A stretch of DNA of 52,351 nucleotides from Sulfurimonas sp. Its GTDB lineage: Bacteria > Campylobacterota > Campylobacteria > Campylobacterales > Sulfurimonadaceae. The position numbers were made by a program, and so were the translations under genes. Location of the stretch: the NCBI GenBank assembly GCA_027047745.1, contig JALTUB010000068.1, positions 1 to 52,351 of the forward strand, written 5' to 3'. The first letter of the stretch is position 1. Each line of letters opens with the position of its first letter. The notes below the pieces were generated by a model. That model was not told the origin of the DNA. It did not search any database and saw only the letters and a list, made by a program, of their open reading frames with translations. Shown in pieces: positions 9,633 through 19,750 of the stretch.

Positions 9633-10478
9633 ATGGCAATTAAAACTTATAGACCGATAACTCCGTCTCGTCGTTTTTACACTAATGTTGATAGTTCTGA
9701 TATTACTGCAAAAGCTAGTGTTCGTTCATTACTTAAAAAACTTCCAACAACTGCTGGTCGTAATCATAATGGTCGTATTACATCTCGTCATAAACAAGCA
9801 GGTGCTAAAAAGATTTATCGTATTGTTGATTTCAAAAGAAACAAATTTGATATTCCTGCAACTGTAAGCGCTATAGAGTATGATCCGTATAGAAACTGTC
9901 GTATCGCTTTAGTTACTTATGCTGATGGTGAAAAAAGATATATTCTTCAACCAAAAGGTCTTGAAGTTGGTGATACTATCGCTTCAGCTCATGATGGCTT
10001 AGATGTTAAAGCTGGAAACAGTATGAAACTACAAAATATCCCAGTGGGTACTTTAGTTCATAACATTGAGCTTAAGACTGGTAAGGGTGGACAAATGGTT
10101 CGTTCTGCTGGAACATCTGCTCAAATCATGGGTCGTGATGGTAAATATGTATCACTTCGTATGCCTTCATCTGAAATGCGTTTAGTGCTTGGTGAATGTC
10201 TTGCTACTATTGGTCAAGTTGGAAACGAAGAGTTTGGTAACATTGTTATCGCAAAAGCTGGTCGTCAAAGACACTTAGGTATTCGTCCTCAGACTCGTGG
10301 TTCTGCTATGAACCCAATTGATCACCCACATGGTGGTGGTGAAGGTAAAACGAACTCAGGTCGTCATCCAGTTACTCCTTGGGGTAAACCAACTAAGGGT
10401 GCTAAGACTCGTCGTAAGAAAGCAAGTGATAAACTTATTATTACTCGTCGTAAACCAAATGCAAAAAGGGTAGGTTAA
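9633..10478 (+). CDS. rplB: 50S ribosomal protein L2
   Basis: [14 protein letters not shown]; start moved to ATG 9633. Confidence 0.98.
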   Translation: MAIKTYRPITPSRRFYTNVDSSDITAKASVRSLLKKLPTTAGRNHNGRITSRHKQAGAKKIYRIVDFKRNKFDIPATVSAIEYDPYRNCRIALVTYADGEKRYILQPKGLEVGDTIASAHDGLDVKAGNSMKLQNIPVGTLVHNIELKTGKGGQMVRSAGTSAQIMGRDGKYVSLRMPSSEMRLVLGECLATIGQVGNEEFGNIVIAKAGRQRHLGIRPQTRGSAMNPIDHPHGGGEGKTNSGRHPVTPWGKPTKGAKTRRKKASDKLIITRRKPNAKRVG

Positions 10479-10480
10479 GT

Positions 10481-10756
10481 ATGGCTCGTTCAATAAAAAA
10501 AGGTCCATTCGTAGATGACCATTTAATGAAAAAAGTGGAGGCTATGAAAGCCGAAGCTAAGAAAAAACCTATTAAAACTTGGTCAAGAAGATCTATGATT
10601 CTTCCTGATATGGTTGGTTTAACATTAAATGTTCATAATGGTCGCCAATTTGTTCCTGTATATGTTACAGAAAATCATATTGGTTATAAACTTGGTGAAT
10701 TTGCACCAACTCGTACATTTAAGGGCCACAAGGGCTCTGTTCAGAAGAAGGGGTAA
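10481..10756 (+). CDS. rpsS: 30S ribosomal protein S19
   Basis: [20 protein letters not shown]. Confidence 0.99.
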   Translation: MARSIKKGPFVDDHLMKKVEAMKAEAKKKPIKTWSRRSMILPDMVGLTLNVHNGRQFVPVYVTENHIGYKLGEFAPTRTFKGHKGSVQKKG

Positions 10757-10758
10757 GC

Positions 10759-11076
10759 ATGGCTAGAGCATTATTAAAATTTATCCGTGTATCTCCAATC
10801 AAATCTCGTCTTATTGCACGAGAAGTTCAAGGTATGAATGCTGAAGAGGCTATGGCAGCTTTAGAATTCACTCCGAATAAAGCGGCAAAAATCATCTCTA
10901 AAGTAATCGCATCTGCAGTTGCTAATAGTGGTGAAGAAGCTGAAGATTGTGTTATCACATCTTGTCGTGTTGACAATGGTCCAGTTCTAAAAAGATTCCG
11001 TCCTCGTGCTAGAGGTATGGCTTCTGGTATTAGAAAACCAACAGCACACATCTTAGTAGAAGTAGAGGGTAAATAG
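10759..11076 (+). CDS. rplV: 50S ribosomal protein L22
   Basis: [10 protein letters not shown]; operon position. Confidence 0.98.
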   Translation: MARALLKFIRVSPIKSRLIAREVQGMNAEEAMAALEFTPNKAAKIISKVIASAVANSGEEAEDCVITSCRVDNGPVLKRFRPRARGMASGIRKPTAHILVEVEGK

Positions 11077-11077
11077 T

Positions 11078-11794
11078 ATGGGTCAAAAAGTTAATCCTAT
11101 TGGTTTGCGTCTTGGTATCAACCGTAACTGGGAGAGCCGTTGGTTCCCTAACTTTAAAACAGCTCCTGCTGCTTTAGGTGAAGATTACAAGATAAGAACA
11201 TTTTTGAAAAAAGAGCTTTATTATGCTGGTGTTTCTAACATCATCATTGAAAGAACAGTTAAAAGACTTCGTGTAACAATCGTTGCTGCTCGTCCTGGTA
11301 TCATTATTGGTAAAAAAGGTGCGGACATTGAAAAACTTAAAACTAATCTTCAAAAGCTTATTGGTAAAACGATTTCTGTTAATATAAAAGAAGAGAAGAA
11401 GGCACAATCTTCTGCTCAACTTGTTGCAGAAAATGTTGCTACTCAGTTAGAGCGTCGTATTGCATTCCGTAGAGCTATGAAAAAAGTTATGCAAGGTGCA
11501 CAGCGTTCTGGTGCTAAAGGTATCAAAGTTGCTGTTGCTGGTCGTCTTGGTGGAGCTGAAATGGCTCGTACTGAGTGGTATTTAGAAGGTCGTGTGCCTC
11601 TTCATACTCTTCGTGCTAAGATTGATTATGGTTTTGCCCAAGCACATACTACATACGGTATTATCGGTGTAAAAGTATGGATATTTAAAGGGGAAGTTCT
11701 TACTAAAGGAATTCCTGCAGAAGTGGTTGAAGAGAAAAAAGAGCGTCGTCCAAAGCGTGCTCCTCGCCCTCAAAATAGTGAAAAGGCTGAATAA
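11078..11794 (+). CDS. rpsC: 30S ribosomal protein S3
   Basis: [23 protein letters not shown]. Confidence 0.99.
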   Translation: MGQKVNPIGLRLGINRNWESRWFPNFKTAPAALGEDYKIRTFLKKELYYAGVSNIIIERTVKRLRVTIVAARPGIIIGKKGADIEKLKTNLQKLIGKTISVNIKEEKKAQSSAQLVAENVATQLERRIAFRRAMKKVMQGAQRSGAKGIKVAVAGRLGGAEMARTEWYLEGRVPLHTLRAKIDYGFAQAHTTYGIIGVKVWIFKGEVLTKGIPAEVVEEKKERRPKRAPRPQNSEKAE

Positions 11795-11796
11795 TT

Positions 11797-12222
11797 ATGT
11801 TAATGCCAAAAAGAACAAAATATCGTAAAGTAATGAAAGGTCGTAACCGTGGTTACGCTCGTTCAGGCTATAAGTTAGCTTTTGGTGACATTGCATTTAA
11901 AGCTGTTGAAGCTGGTCGTATTAACTCAAGACAAATTGAGTCAGCGCGTATCTCTGCAACTCGTCATATTAAGCGTCAAGGTAAACTCTGGATTCGTGTA
12001 TTCCCAGCTAAGCCATTAACTGCTAAACCTCTTGAAACTCGTATGGGTAAAGGTAAGGGAGCAGTTGATCAGTGGGTTATGAATATTAAACCAGGTCGTA
12101 TAATTTTTGAAATAGCTGGTATTCCAGAAGATATAGCTCGTGAAGCTTTAACTCTTGCTATGCACAAGCTACCATTCAAATGTAAAATAATCACTGCGGA
12201 GATGAGCAATGAAATATTCTGA
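11797..12222 (+). CDS. rplP: 50S ribosomal protein L16
   Basis: [18 protein letters not shown]. Confidence 0.99.
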   Translation: MLMPKRTKYRKVMKGRNRGYARSGYKLAFGDIAFKAVEAGRINSRQIESARISATRHIKRQGKLWIRVFPAKPLTAKPLETRMGKGKGAVDQWVMNIKPGRIIFEIAGIPEDIAREALTLAMHKLPFKCKIITAEMSNEIF

Positions 12223-12397
12223 TTTAGCAGATAAAAATTCAGCAGAACTTCAAGCTATGCTTAAAGAGAAGAAAACTGAACTTTTTACTTTAAAAATGAA
12301 ACAAAAGACTATGCAACTTCAAAACACGAGTGAACTTCGTGTTGCTAAAAAAGATATTGCAAAAATCAACACTGCACTTACTGCAGTGGCAAACTAG
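12209..12397 (+). CDS. rpmC: 50S ribosomal protein L29
   Basis: ELF.LK...KKDIAKINT; operon position. Confidence 0.96.
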   Translation: MKYSDLADKNSAELQAMLKEKKTELFTLKMKQKTMQLQNTSELRVAKKDIAKINTALTAVAN

Positions 12398-12407
12398 GGG
12401 CTTATAA

Positions 12408-12653
12408 ATGGCAAATAAACGTGAAATTCAAGGCAAAGTAGTAACTATTGCTGGTGATAAAACTGTTTCTATGGTTGTTGAGCGTCGTGTAATGCACCCT
12501 CGTTATCACAAAGTTGTAAAACGCTTCAAAAAGTACTTAGTACATGATGAGCGTAATGAAGTAAAAGTTGGAGACGAAATTATTGCAATTGAGTGTCGTC
12601 CACTTTCTAAGACTAAATCTTTTAGACTTAAATCAGTTGTAAAAGGAGCGTAG
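12408..12653 (+). CDS. rpsQ: 30S ribosomal protein S17
   Basis: DKTV...[13 protein letters not shown]. Confidence 0.98.
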   Translation: MANKREIQGKVVTIAGDKTVSMVVERRVMHPRYHKVVKRFKKYLVHDERNEVKVGDEIIAIECRPLSKTKSFRLKSVVKGA

Positions 12654-12654
12654 T

Positions 12655-13023
12655 ATGATCCAAGGTTTTACTCGTTTGAATGTAGCTGATAATACAGGTG
12701 CAAAAGAGATTATGTGTATTAAGGTACTTGGAGGTTCTAAGCGTCGTTATGCTTCAGTTGGCGATGTTATCGTTGCATCTGTTAAGAAAGCGACTCCAAC
12801 TTCTAAAGTTAAAAAAGGTAAAGTAGTAAAAGCTGTTGTTGTTAGAACTGCAAAAGAGATTCACCGTGAAAATGGTTCTCTTATTCGTTTTGATGACAAT
12901 GCTGCTGTAATACTTGATGACAAGAGAGAGCCTATTGGTACTCGTATTTTTGGACCTGTTGGTCGTGAAGTGCGTTACGCTGGATTTATGAAAATCGTAT
13001 CTCTTGCACCGGAGGTTGTTTAA
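12655..13023 (+). CDS. rplN: 50S ribosomal protein L14
   Basis: [17 protein letters not shown]. Confidence 0.99.
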   Translation: MIQGFTRLNVADNTGAKEIMCIKVLGGSKRRYASVGDVIVASVKKATPTSKVKKGKVVKAVVVRTAKEIHRENGSLIRFDDNAAVILDDKREPIGTRIFGPVGREVRYAGFMKIVSLAPEVV

Positions 13024-13253
13024 TGGCAAAGTTTAATTATAAAAAAGGTGATACTGTAGAAATTATCGCTGGAGATGACCGTGGAACTAAGGCTACTGTT
13101 TTAGCAGTTATGCCAAAGAAAAACAAGGTTATTGTTGAGGGTTGTAAAATAGCTAAAAAAGCTATCAAACCAACTGAAGAGAACAAAAATGGCGGGCATG
13201 TTAATAAAGAGATGCCAATTGACGCTTCAAATGTACGAAAAGTGGAGGCATAA
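13023..13253 (+). CDS. rplX: 50S ribosomal protein L24
   Basis: KKGDTVEIIAGDDRG KOW motif, EMPIDASNV. Confidence 0.97.
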   Translation: MAKFNYKKGDTVEIIAGDDRGTKATVLAVMPKKNKVIVEGCKIAKKAIKPTEENKNGGHVNKEMPIDASNVRKVEA

Positions 13254-13257
13254 TTAG

Positions 13258-13803
13258 ATGGCACGCTTAAAAGATAAATATTTAGGTTTAAAATCTGAAT
13301 TACAAGCTGACTTAGGTATCAAAAATCCTATGCAAACACCAAAAGTAGAGAAGATTATTATCTCTGTTGGTGCTGGTTTTGCTATGAAAGATAACAAACT
13401 TATCCAAAATATTGAAGATACTATTACTACTATTGCTGGTCAAAAAGCATCAACAGTAATCGCTAAAAAATCTGTTGCAGGTTTTAAAGTTCGTGAAGGT
13501 ATGCCAGTTGGTATTCGTGTTACACTTCGTGGTGAAAACATGTATAACTTCTTAGATCGTTTAGTTTCTATTGCTCTTCCTCGTGTGAAAGATTTCCGTG
13601 GAGTTCCAAGAAATGGTTTTGATGGTCGTGGTAACTATAACTTCGGACTTCAAGAGCAACTAATTTTTCCAGAAGTTACTTATGATTCAATTATGCAAAT
13701 TCATGGTATGAATATTACTATGGTTACAACTGCTGATTCTGATAAGGCTGCATTTGCTCTTTTAGAGAAAATGGGTATGCCTTTTACTAAAGGGAGCAAC
13801 TAA
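13258..13803 (+). CDS. rplE: 50S ribosomal protein L5
   Basis: [19 protein letters not shown]. Confidence 0.99.
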   Translation: MARLKDKYLGLKSELQADLGIKNPMQTPKVEKIIISVGAGFAMKDNKLIQNIEDTITTIAGQKASTVIAKKSVAGFKVREGMPVGIRVTLRGENMYNFLDRLVSIALPRVKDFRGVPRNGFDGRGNYNFGLQEQLIFPEVTYDSIMQIHGMNITMVTTADSDKAAFALLEKMGMPFTKGSN

Positions 13804-13988
13804 TGGCTAAGAAGTCTATGATCGCAAAAGCGGCAAGAGAACCAAAATTTAAAGTGCGTGGATACACTAGATGTCAAATCTGTGGTCGTCCACACTCAGT
13901 GCTTAGAGATTTTAATATCTGTCGTGTATGTTTTAGAAAAATGGCAAACGAGGGATTAATCCCAGGTGTTAGAAAGTCTTCTTGGTAA
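13803..13988 (+). CDS. rpsN: 30S ribosomal protein S14, zinc-binding type Z
   Basis: 61 aa, RCQIC...[14 protein letters not shown]. Confidence 0.98.
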   Translation: MAKKSMIAKAAREPKFKVRGYTRCQICGRPHSVLRDFNICRVCFRKMANEGLIPGVRKSSW

Positions 13989-14061
13989 GCCAAGAGGAAA
14001 CTTCTAATTATTAGTTTTTACAAACTTAGGTTTGTAATTACATAAAAGTCAAGGAAAAAAA

Positions 14062-14460
14062 ATGGCAATTAATGATCTAGTATCAGACGCGTTGACTCGT
14101 GTTCGTAATGCAGGTATGAGAAGATTACCAGTTACTACTTTAGTACACTCTAAGAGTGTTGAAGCTGTAGCAAATATCTTAGTTGAAAAAGGTTACATAG
14201 ACTCTTGTAATGTAATCGAAGATGGTGTTAAGAAGACTATCAAAGTTGTACTAAAGTATGATGAAGATGGAAAAAATGTAATCAATGAAATGAAAAGAGT
14301 TTCTAAACCTGGTAGAAGAGTTTACAAAGGTAAAGAAGATATTAAGCGTTTCAAAAATGGTTACGGAACTATTATTGTAAGTACATCACATGGCGTACTA
14401 CCAAATGACAAAGCTTATGAGCTTGGTATTGGTGGTGAAGTTATGTGTACGGTATGGTAG
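14062..14460 (+). CDS. rpsH: 30S ribosomal protein S8
   Basis: [26 protein letters not shown]. Confidence 0.99.
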   Translation: MAINDLVSDALTRVRNAGMRRLPVTTLVHSKSVEAVANILVEKGYIDSCNVIEDGVKKTIKVVLKYDEDGKNVINEMKRVSKPGRRVYKGKEDIKRFKNGYGTIIVSTSHGVLPNDKAYELGIGGEVMCTVW

Positions 14461-14469
14461 GAGTATAAC

Positions 14470-15006
14470 ATGTCAAGAATTGGTAAAAAACCTGTAGAAT
14501 TTGCAAGCGACATCAAAGTTAGCACAAATGGAAATGTTATTACTTTTGCTAAAGGCAAAAATAGTATGGATTTAGATACAAAAGGAAATGTTGAGTTTTC
14601 ATTAGAAGGCAATACTTTAACTTTTAAAAATTTATCTGATGCTCGTGAGCATAGAGCTTTTTGGGGAACTTATAGATCATTAGCTGCAAATATTGTTACT
14701 GGTTTAACTACTGGTTATACTAAGCAGTTAGAGATTAATGGTGTTGGTTATAGAGCTGCTGTTAAAGGTAAGGTTCTTAATCTTCAACTTGGTCACTCTC
14801 ATGATATTAACTTTGATTTAGTTGATGGTCTTGAAGCTAAGGTTGAGAAAAATGTTATTACTTTAAGTAGTCATGATAAACAACTTTTAGGTGCAGCTGC
14901 AGCAAAAATCAGAAGTTTCCGTCCACCAGAGCCATATAAAGGTAAAGGTGTTAAATACATAGATGAACATATCGTGCGTAAAGCCGGTAAAACAGCTAAG
15001 AAGTAA
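14470..15006 (+). CDS. rplF: 50S ribosomal protein L6
   Basis: MSRIGKKP, PEPYKGKGV. Confidence 0.99.
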   Translation: MSRIGKKPVEFASDIKVSTNGNVITFAKGKNSMDLDTKGNVEFSLEGNTLTFKNLSDAREHRAFWGTYRSLAANIVTGLTTGYTKQLEINGVGYRAAVKGKVLNLQLGHSHDINFDLVDGLEAKVEKNVITLSSHDKQLLGAAAAKIRSFRPPEPYKGKGVKYIDEHIVRKAGKTAKK

Positions 15007-15022
15007 GGGAGGATATTAAAAA

Positions 15023-15379
15023 ATGAATGCAAAAGTATTAAAAAGCAAAGTAGCTAATCGTTTAAAGCGTAAGCGTCGTATTCGTGCAAAGATATCTGGT
15101 AGTGCTACACTTCCTCGTGTTTCTGTATTTAAGTCAAATCGTTATTTAAGTGTACAAGCAATTGATGATGCAACAGCAACAACTTTAGCAGCACTTAACT
15201 CAAAAGTTACTGGTCACAGAGCTAATAAAGAAGGTGCTACAGCACTTGGTGAAGCATTTGCTGCAACACTAAAGTCTGCTAACATATCTGAAGTTGTATT
15301 TGATCGTAATGGTTACCAATATCATGGCGTTATAGCTGCATTTGGTGATTCTCTTCGTGCAAACGAAATTAAGTTTTAG
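15023..15379 (+). CDS. rplR: 50S ribosomal protein L18
   Basis: [20 protein letters not shown]. Confidence 0.98.
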   Translation: MNAKVLKSKVANRLKRKRRIRAKISGSATLPRVSVFKSNRYLSVQAIDDATATTLAALNSKVTGHRANKEGATALGEAFAATLKSANISEVVFDRNGYQYHGVIAAFGDSLRANEIKF

Positions 15380-15387
15380 GGGCTAAG

Positions 15388-15828
15388 ATGGAAATTAATA
15401 GAGACGATTTCGAAGAATCAATTGTAAATATTGGTCGTGTAACTAAAGTTGTTAAGGGTGGTAGAAGATTTCGTTTTACTGCTTTAATCGTAGTTGGTAA
15501 TAAAAATGGTACTATCGGTTATGGTATGGGAAAAGCGAAAGAAGTTCCTGATGCTATCCGTAAAGCTGTTGATAATGCTTTTAAAAATCTTACAACTGTA
15601 AGTATTAAAGGTACAACAATTGCACATGATATTGAGCATAAGTATAATGCAAGTCGCGTTTTACTTAAGCCAGCATCAGAAGGTACAGGTGTTATCTCAG
15701 GTGGAGCTATGCGTCCAGTTCTTGAGCTTGCAGGTGTACAAGATATTCTTACTAAGAGTATAGGTTCTAACAATCCAGGTACAGTGGTTCGCGCAACAGT
15801 TGAAGCACTTGGCCGTTTAAAAGGATAG
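15388..15828 (+). CDS. rpsE: 30S ribosomal protein S5
   Basis: [21 protein letters not shown]. Confidence 0.99.
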   Translation: MEINRDDFEESIVNIGRVTKVVKGGRRFRFTALIVVGNKNGTIGYGMGKAKEVPDAIRKAVDNAFKNLTTVSIKGTTIAHDIEHKYNASRVLLKPASEGTGVISGGAMRPVLELAGVQDILTKSIGSNNPGTVVRATVEALGRLKG

Positions 15829-15831
15829 ATT

Positions 15832-16230
15832 ATGGGTATTGAAAATTTAACACCTGCAGAGGGTTCAACACATTCAAGAAAGCGTGTTGGGCGTGGTCAA
15901 GCTAGTGGAACAGGTAAAACTTCTGCTCGTGGACAAAAAGGTCAGAAATCTCGTACAGGTTACAAGAGAAAAAGAAACTTTGAAGGTGGTCAACAACCAC
16001 TTGCTAAGCGTTTACCAAAAATAGGTTTTACATCTAGATTGGTTAAACCTTATGTAATCAATGTTGAGAAGATTAAAGCTGTAGCAGAACTTGAAGAGAT
16101 TACTATGGAAAGTATCCGTAGTGTTCATAAAGTTGCAAACTCTGTTGCTAAAATCAAATTAGTAGGTGCTAGTGCGAAAGATTTAGCATCAAAAATTAAA
16201 GACGAAAATGTTACTACTACAGGTAACTAG
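15832..16230 (+). CDS. rplO: 50S ribosomal protein L15
   Basis: [23 protein letters not shown]. Confidence 0.98.
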   Translation: MGIENLTPAEGSTHSRKRVGRGQASGTGKTSARGQKGQKSRTGYKRKRNFEGGQQPLAKRLPKIGFTSRLVKPYVINVEKIKAVAELEEITMESIRSVHKVANSVAKIKLVGASAKDLASKIKDENVTTTGN

Positions 16231-16232
16231 TT

Positions 16233-17495
16233 GTGAATAAAAATCTAGTAAATAAGATACTTATTACTATCGGTTTTTTATTTATCTATCGCCTACTGGC
16301 TTATGTGCCAGTTCCAGGCGTAGATACTTCAGTTATTGCCTCATTCTTCAACTCTCACCAATCAGATGCTCTTGGACTTATGAATATGTTCAGTGGAAAC
16401 GCTATTAAAAGATTATCTATCATTTCACTTGGTATTATGCCATATATCACTGCTTCAATCATTATGGAGCTTTTAGCTGCAACATTTCCTACTTTAGGTC
16501 AAATGAAAAAAGAGCGTGATGGAATGACAAAGTATATGCAAATTATTCGTTATGCAACTATTGTTATAACATTAATTCAAGCTATTGGTGTAAGTGTTGG
16601 ACTTCAAAGTTTAACTGGACCAACTGGTAACAGTGCCATCTTAGCTGATCACAATACATTTATCCTTCTTTCTGCAGTATCAATGCTTGCAGGAACTATG
16701 TTACTTATGTGGATTGGTGAGCAGATTACACAAAGTGGTATCGGTAATGGTATCTCTCTTATTATCTTTGCTGGTATTGTTTCGGGCATCCCTCGTGCAA
16801 TAGGTCAAACAGTAACTATGCTAAATACAGGAGCTATGAGTTTCATAGTTGTGATAGGTATCTTAGTTTTAATATTTGGTACTGTTGCTATTATTATCTA
16901 TGTTGAGTTAGGTGAGCGTCGTGTTCCTGTAACTTATGCTAAAAAGGTAATGATGCAAAATCAAGATAAACGAGTTATGAATTACATTCCTATTAAAGTA
17001 AACTTAGCTGGTGTTATTCCAGTTATCTTTGCAAGTGCGATATTGATGTTTCCTATGACGGTTTTATCTAGTAGTACAAATCCTACAGTTCAAGCCATTG
17101 CAGACTTTTTACATCCTGGAGGTTACTTTTTTAACTTTTTAACTTTCATGTTTGTTATTTTCTTTGCATTCTTTTATGCTTCTATAACATTTAATGCAAA
17201 AGATATTGCAGACAATCTAAAACGCCAAGGTGGTTTTATTCCTGGTATTCGTACTGGAAAAGCTACTCAAGAGTTTTTAAATGAAACTGCAAGTAGATTG
17301 ACTTTTACTGGTGCTTTATATCTTGGTTTGATTGCAACTTTACCATTTATGATTATAAAAGGTATGGGTGTTCCATTTTACTTTGGTGGAACAGCAGTTC
17401 TTATTGTTGTTCAAGTTGCACTTGATACCATGAGAAAAATCGAGGCTCAAGTTTACATGAGTAAATATGAAACTTTAAGTGCAGTTGGTCTATAG
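16233..17495 (+). CDS. secY: preprotein translocase subunit SecY
   Basis: GTG start; LGIMPYITASII, GIGNGISL, FGGT. Confidence 0.99.
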   Translation: MNKNLVNKILITIGFLFIYRLLAYVPVPGVDTSVIASFFNSHQSDALGLMNMFSGNAIKRLSIISLGIMPYITASIIMELLAATFPTLGQMKKERDGMTKYMQIIRYATIVITLIQAIGVSVGLQSLTGPTGNSAILADHNTFILLSAVSMLAGTMLLMWIGEQITQSGIGNGISLIIFAGIVSGIPRAIGQTVTMLNTGAMSFIVVIGILVLIFGTVAIIIYVELGERRVPVTYAKKVMMQNQDKRVMNYIPIKVNLAGVIPVIFASAILMFPMTVLSSSTNPTVQAIADFLHPGGYFFNFLTFMFVIFFAFFYASITFNAKDIADNLKRQGGFIPGIRTGKATQEFLNETASRLTFTGALYLGLIATLPFMIIKGMGVPFYFGGTAVLIVVQVALDTMRKIEAQVYMSKYETLSAVGL

Positions 17496-17497
17496 TT

Positions 17498-18256
17498 ATG
17501 GCCATCTCGCTTAAAAAACCTCAAGAGATTGAAAAACTAAGAGCCGCTAACAAAATTGTTGGTGGAGCTCTCGAACTACTTCGTGCAAACACTAAAGTTG
17601 GAATGACTTTAAAAGAGATGGATGCTATGGCTGAAGATTATATCAGAAGTCATGGTGCTACTCCATCATTTAAAGGTCTATATGGCTTTCCCAATGCTGT
17701 TTGTACTTCACTAAACCAAGTTATTATTCATGGTATTCCATCTGATTATAAACTACAAGAAGGCGATGTTATCGGTTACGATATTGGTACAAAGCTTGAT
17801 GGTTGGTTTGGTGATGCTGCTATAACAATGGCAGTTGGAGAAATATCTAAAGAAGATGAAGCATTGATAGCATGTTCTAAAGATACTTTACATTATGCTA
17901 TTGACAATATAAAACAGGGCATGAGATTTAAAGAACTATCTTATTTGATGGAGCAATTTATCTTAGATGCTGGTTTTGTACCACTTAAAAACTTTTGTGG
18001 ACATGGTATAGGTAAAAAACCACATGAAGAACCAGAAATTCCAAATTATCTTGAAGGGAACAACCCAAAGGCTGGACCGAAGATAAAAAATGGAATGGTT
18101 TTTTGTTTAGAACCTATGATATGTCAAAAAGATGATAAACCTATTATTTTAGAAAATAAATGGGATGTTGTTAGTGCCGATGGTTTACGCGGTTCACACT
18201 ATGAGCATACTGTTGCAGTTGTAAACGGTAAAGCTGAAATACTATCTCTTGCTTAA
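17498..18256 (+). CDS. map: type I methionine aminopeptidase
   Basis: HGIP, GHGIG..HEEP, HYEHT. Confidence 0.97.
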   Translation: MAISLKKPQEIEKLRAANKIVGGALELLRANTKVGMTLKEMDAMAEDYIRSHGATPSFKGLYGFPNAVCTSLNQVIIHGIPSDYKLQEGDVIGYDIGTKLDGWFGDAAITMAVGEISKEDEALIACSKDTLHYAIDNIKQGMRFKELSYLMEQFILDAGFVPLKNFCGHGIGKKPHEEPEIPNYLEGNNPKAGPKIKNGMVFCLEPMICQKDDKPIILENKWDVVSADGLRGSHYEHTVAVVNGKAEILSLA

Positions 18257-18277
18257 GAGTTAAAAAAGGACTTAAAT

Positions 18278-18496
18278 ATGGCTAAAGCTGATGTTATTGA
18301 AGTTGACGGCAAGATTGTTGAAGCATTACCTAATGCAACTTTCCGTGTAGAATTAGAAAATGGACATATAATATTATGCCATATCGCAGGAAAAATGCGT
18401 ATGCATTATATTAAAATACTTCCAGGAGATAAGGTTAAACTTGAACTTACTCCATACTCTCTTGATAAAGGTCGTATCACTTACAGATACAAATAA
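18278..18496 (+). CDS. infA: translation initiation factor IF-1
   Basis: [27 protein letters not shown]. Confidence 0.99.
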   Translation: MAKADVIEVDGKIVEALPNATFRVELENGHIILCHIAGKMRMHYIKILPGDKVKLELTPYSLDKGRITYRYK

Positions 18497-18502
18497 AACT
18501 TT

Positions 18503-18528
18503 GAGAGGAGTTCACTCCTCTCCTTTTT
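18503..18528 (+). terminator. intrinsic terminator closing the S10-spc-infA transcript
   Basis: GAGAGGAG-TTCA-CTCCTCTC followed by CTTTTT. Confidence 0.8.
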
Positions 18529-18575
18529 CCTCTTCGCATAATCTTTTAAATTTCACTAAAAATATTTTACAAACA

Positions 18576-18608
18576 TGTAATATACTTGTAATCAAAATTG
18601 TGTATAAT
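18576..18608 (+). promoter_or_regulatory. Pho-box-like promoter (fifth copy)
   Basis: TGTAATA-TACT-TGTAATC-N9-TATAAT, same spacing as the four pst/porin promoters. Confidence 0.7.
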
Positions 18609-18610
18609 AT

Positions 18611-18880
18611 TAGACTTCTTTCATAACCTAGATATACCTCAGAGGGCTAAAAAGGAGTGAGATAGTGCAAAATAAATTTTTATGCCTAGCCATAGCTAAG
18701 GATAAAATATTTTTTTGTGCTAGATTGCTTCTTTTTAGCCCTTCCGTAGGACACTTTATAGAGAGCTTTACTCTGCGTTAGATAACCTTCACTGTAGCTA
18801 CGGCTACACTGAAGAACATCTGCCTTGATTAAAACTCTCTATAAAGTGCTGAGATATATCTAGGTTATGAAAGAAGTCTA
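18611..18880. mobile_element. composite palindromic MITE-like element B
   Basis: 32-bp TIR with one mismatch (18611-18642 / 18849-18880, TA at both ends) enclosing hairpin 18643-18742, TCC-GTA-GGA at 18743-18751 and hairpin 18752-18848. Confidence 0.78.
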
Positions 18881-18906
18881 TCGTAAATTTAATATAAGGA
18901 AAAAAT

Positions 18907-19311
18907 TTGAGTTATTTTGAAAATGCAAAAGTAGGTGACAAAGTTTATGGTCTTATCTTTGGTAAGGGAAAAATTAGTGCTATTTATGAAGAGAGTCATT
19001 ACTCTGTAATGATAACATTTAAAAATGGATATGAAGTGCCATATACAGAAGATGGTGTACCTGGATGGGGGAATTTTAAAAAGCAAACATGTTACTATAG
19101 AAATGACATAGATTTAGTTAAGATAGATTTCTCTCCAGCTACTAAGATATTAAGTGATAAAAAAATTATTAAGTATAGAGAAAAAAATATTTTAGAGGTT
19201 CGTTTACCATCAGGTGCATGGAAAAATGTCAACAAGTGTCCAGATGATTATATTGAAGATATTTGTGAAGCTGAACAGTATTACCTTTTTAGGAAAAAAC
19301 TCAAAAATTAA
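18907..19311 (+). CDS. hypothetical protein with an SH3/Tudor-like N-terminal beta-barrel
   Basis: AAGGA RBS + TTG; KVGDKV....FGKGKI......SVMITF pattern. Confidence 0.7.
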   Translation: MSYFENAKVGDKVYGLIFGKGKISAIYEESHYSVMITFKNGYEVPYTEDGVPGWGNFKKQTCYYRNDIDLVKIDFSPATKILSDKKIIKYREKNILEVRLPSGAWKNVNKCPDDYIEDICEAEQYYLFRKKLKN

Positions 19312-19320
19312 TTTAGTAGA

Positions 19321-19614
19321 TTACTTCTCTGTCACATTTTCTTCTTTTGACTTATCGTTTTTTTTGTGTTTAGAAAATCCAGCGCCTTTTTTTGTTTTTG
19401 CTTTGAGTGAAAGCTTTTCAATATCTTCTCGATAGTCCATACCTCTACTATGCATATTTGCAAAACATTGAGCAATAACAGCGATTGTATTAGGTACTTC
19501 ACCCTTTTTTTTGTATGCTTGAATATTTTTCTCACTTACTTTGATAAGAGCACTAAACTTAGGTAAACTAATCTCAGCATCTAATAATAATTTTTTAAAC
19601 TCAATAAATGTCAT
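19321..19614 (-). CDS. small XRE/Cro-like helix-turn-helix protein
   Basis: EFKKLL...ISLPKFSALIKVSEKNIQAYKKKGEVP fits an XRE-type HTH; AAGG RBS. Confidence 0.65.
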   Translation of the reverse strand: MTFIEFKKLLLDAEISLPKFSALIKVSEKNIQAYKKKGEVPNTIAVIAQCFANMHSRGMDYREDIEKLSLKAKTKKGAGFSKHKKNDKSKEENVTEK

Positions 19615-19670
19615 ATCTGTACCTTTTATGGATTATATTATACAAATTTCTAACTTATATCTATATTTTA

Positions 19671-19699
19671 TTGACATATTTGTAAATAATATATATAAT
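19671..19699 (+). promoter_or_regulatory. perfect consensus sigma70 promoter
   Basis: TTGACA (19671-19676) - 17 nt - TATAAT (19694-19699). Confidence 0.75.
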
Positions 19700-19750
19700 G
19701 GTAATAATTTATTACTATTAGTAATTAAATTTAAAATAAAAGGAGCCAAA

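Noticed and set aside
15829-17497. Absence of rpmD and adk from the spc cluster
   Set aside because: Ordinary for Campylobacterota
18441-18626. 61-aa ORF spanning the infA end and terminator
   Set aside because: Crosses a terminator and promoter, has no RBS, and does not resemble rpmJ
7516-18880. CRISPR array or attC integron cassette interpretation of the palindromes
   Set aside because: No direct repeat-spacer periodicity, no cas or integrase gene, and no RYYYAAC/GTTRRRY ends
19671-19690. Pho box in the H1-like promoter (TGTAAAT at 19681)
   Set aside because: Single imperfect half-site with 6-nt rather than 9-nt spacing to the -10
19541-19750. N-terminal 70 aa of the 141-aa ORF in the track
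   Set aside because: Overlaps the divergent gene and promoter; the RBS and ATG are at 19741 and 19751
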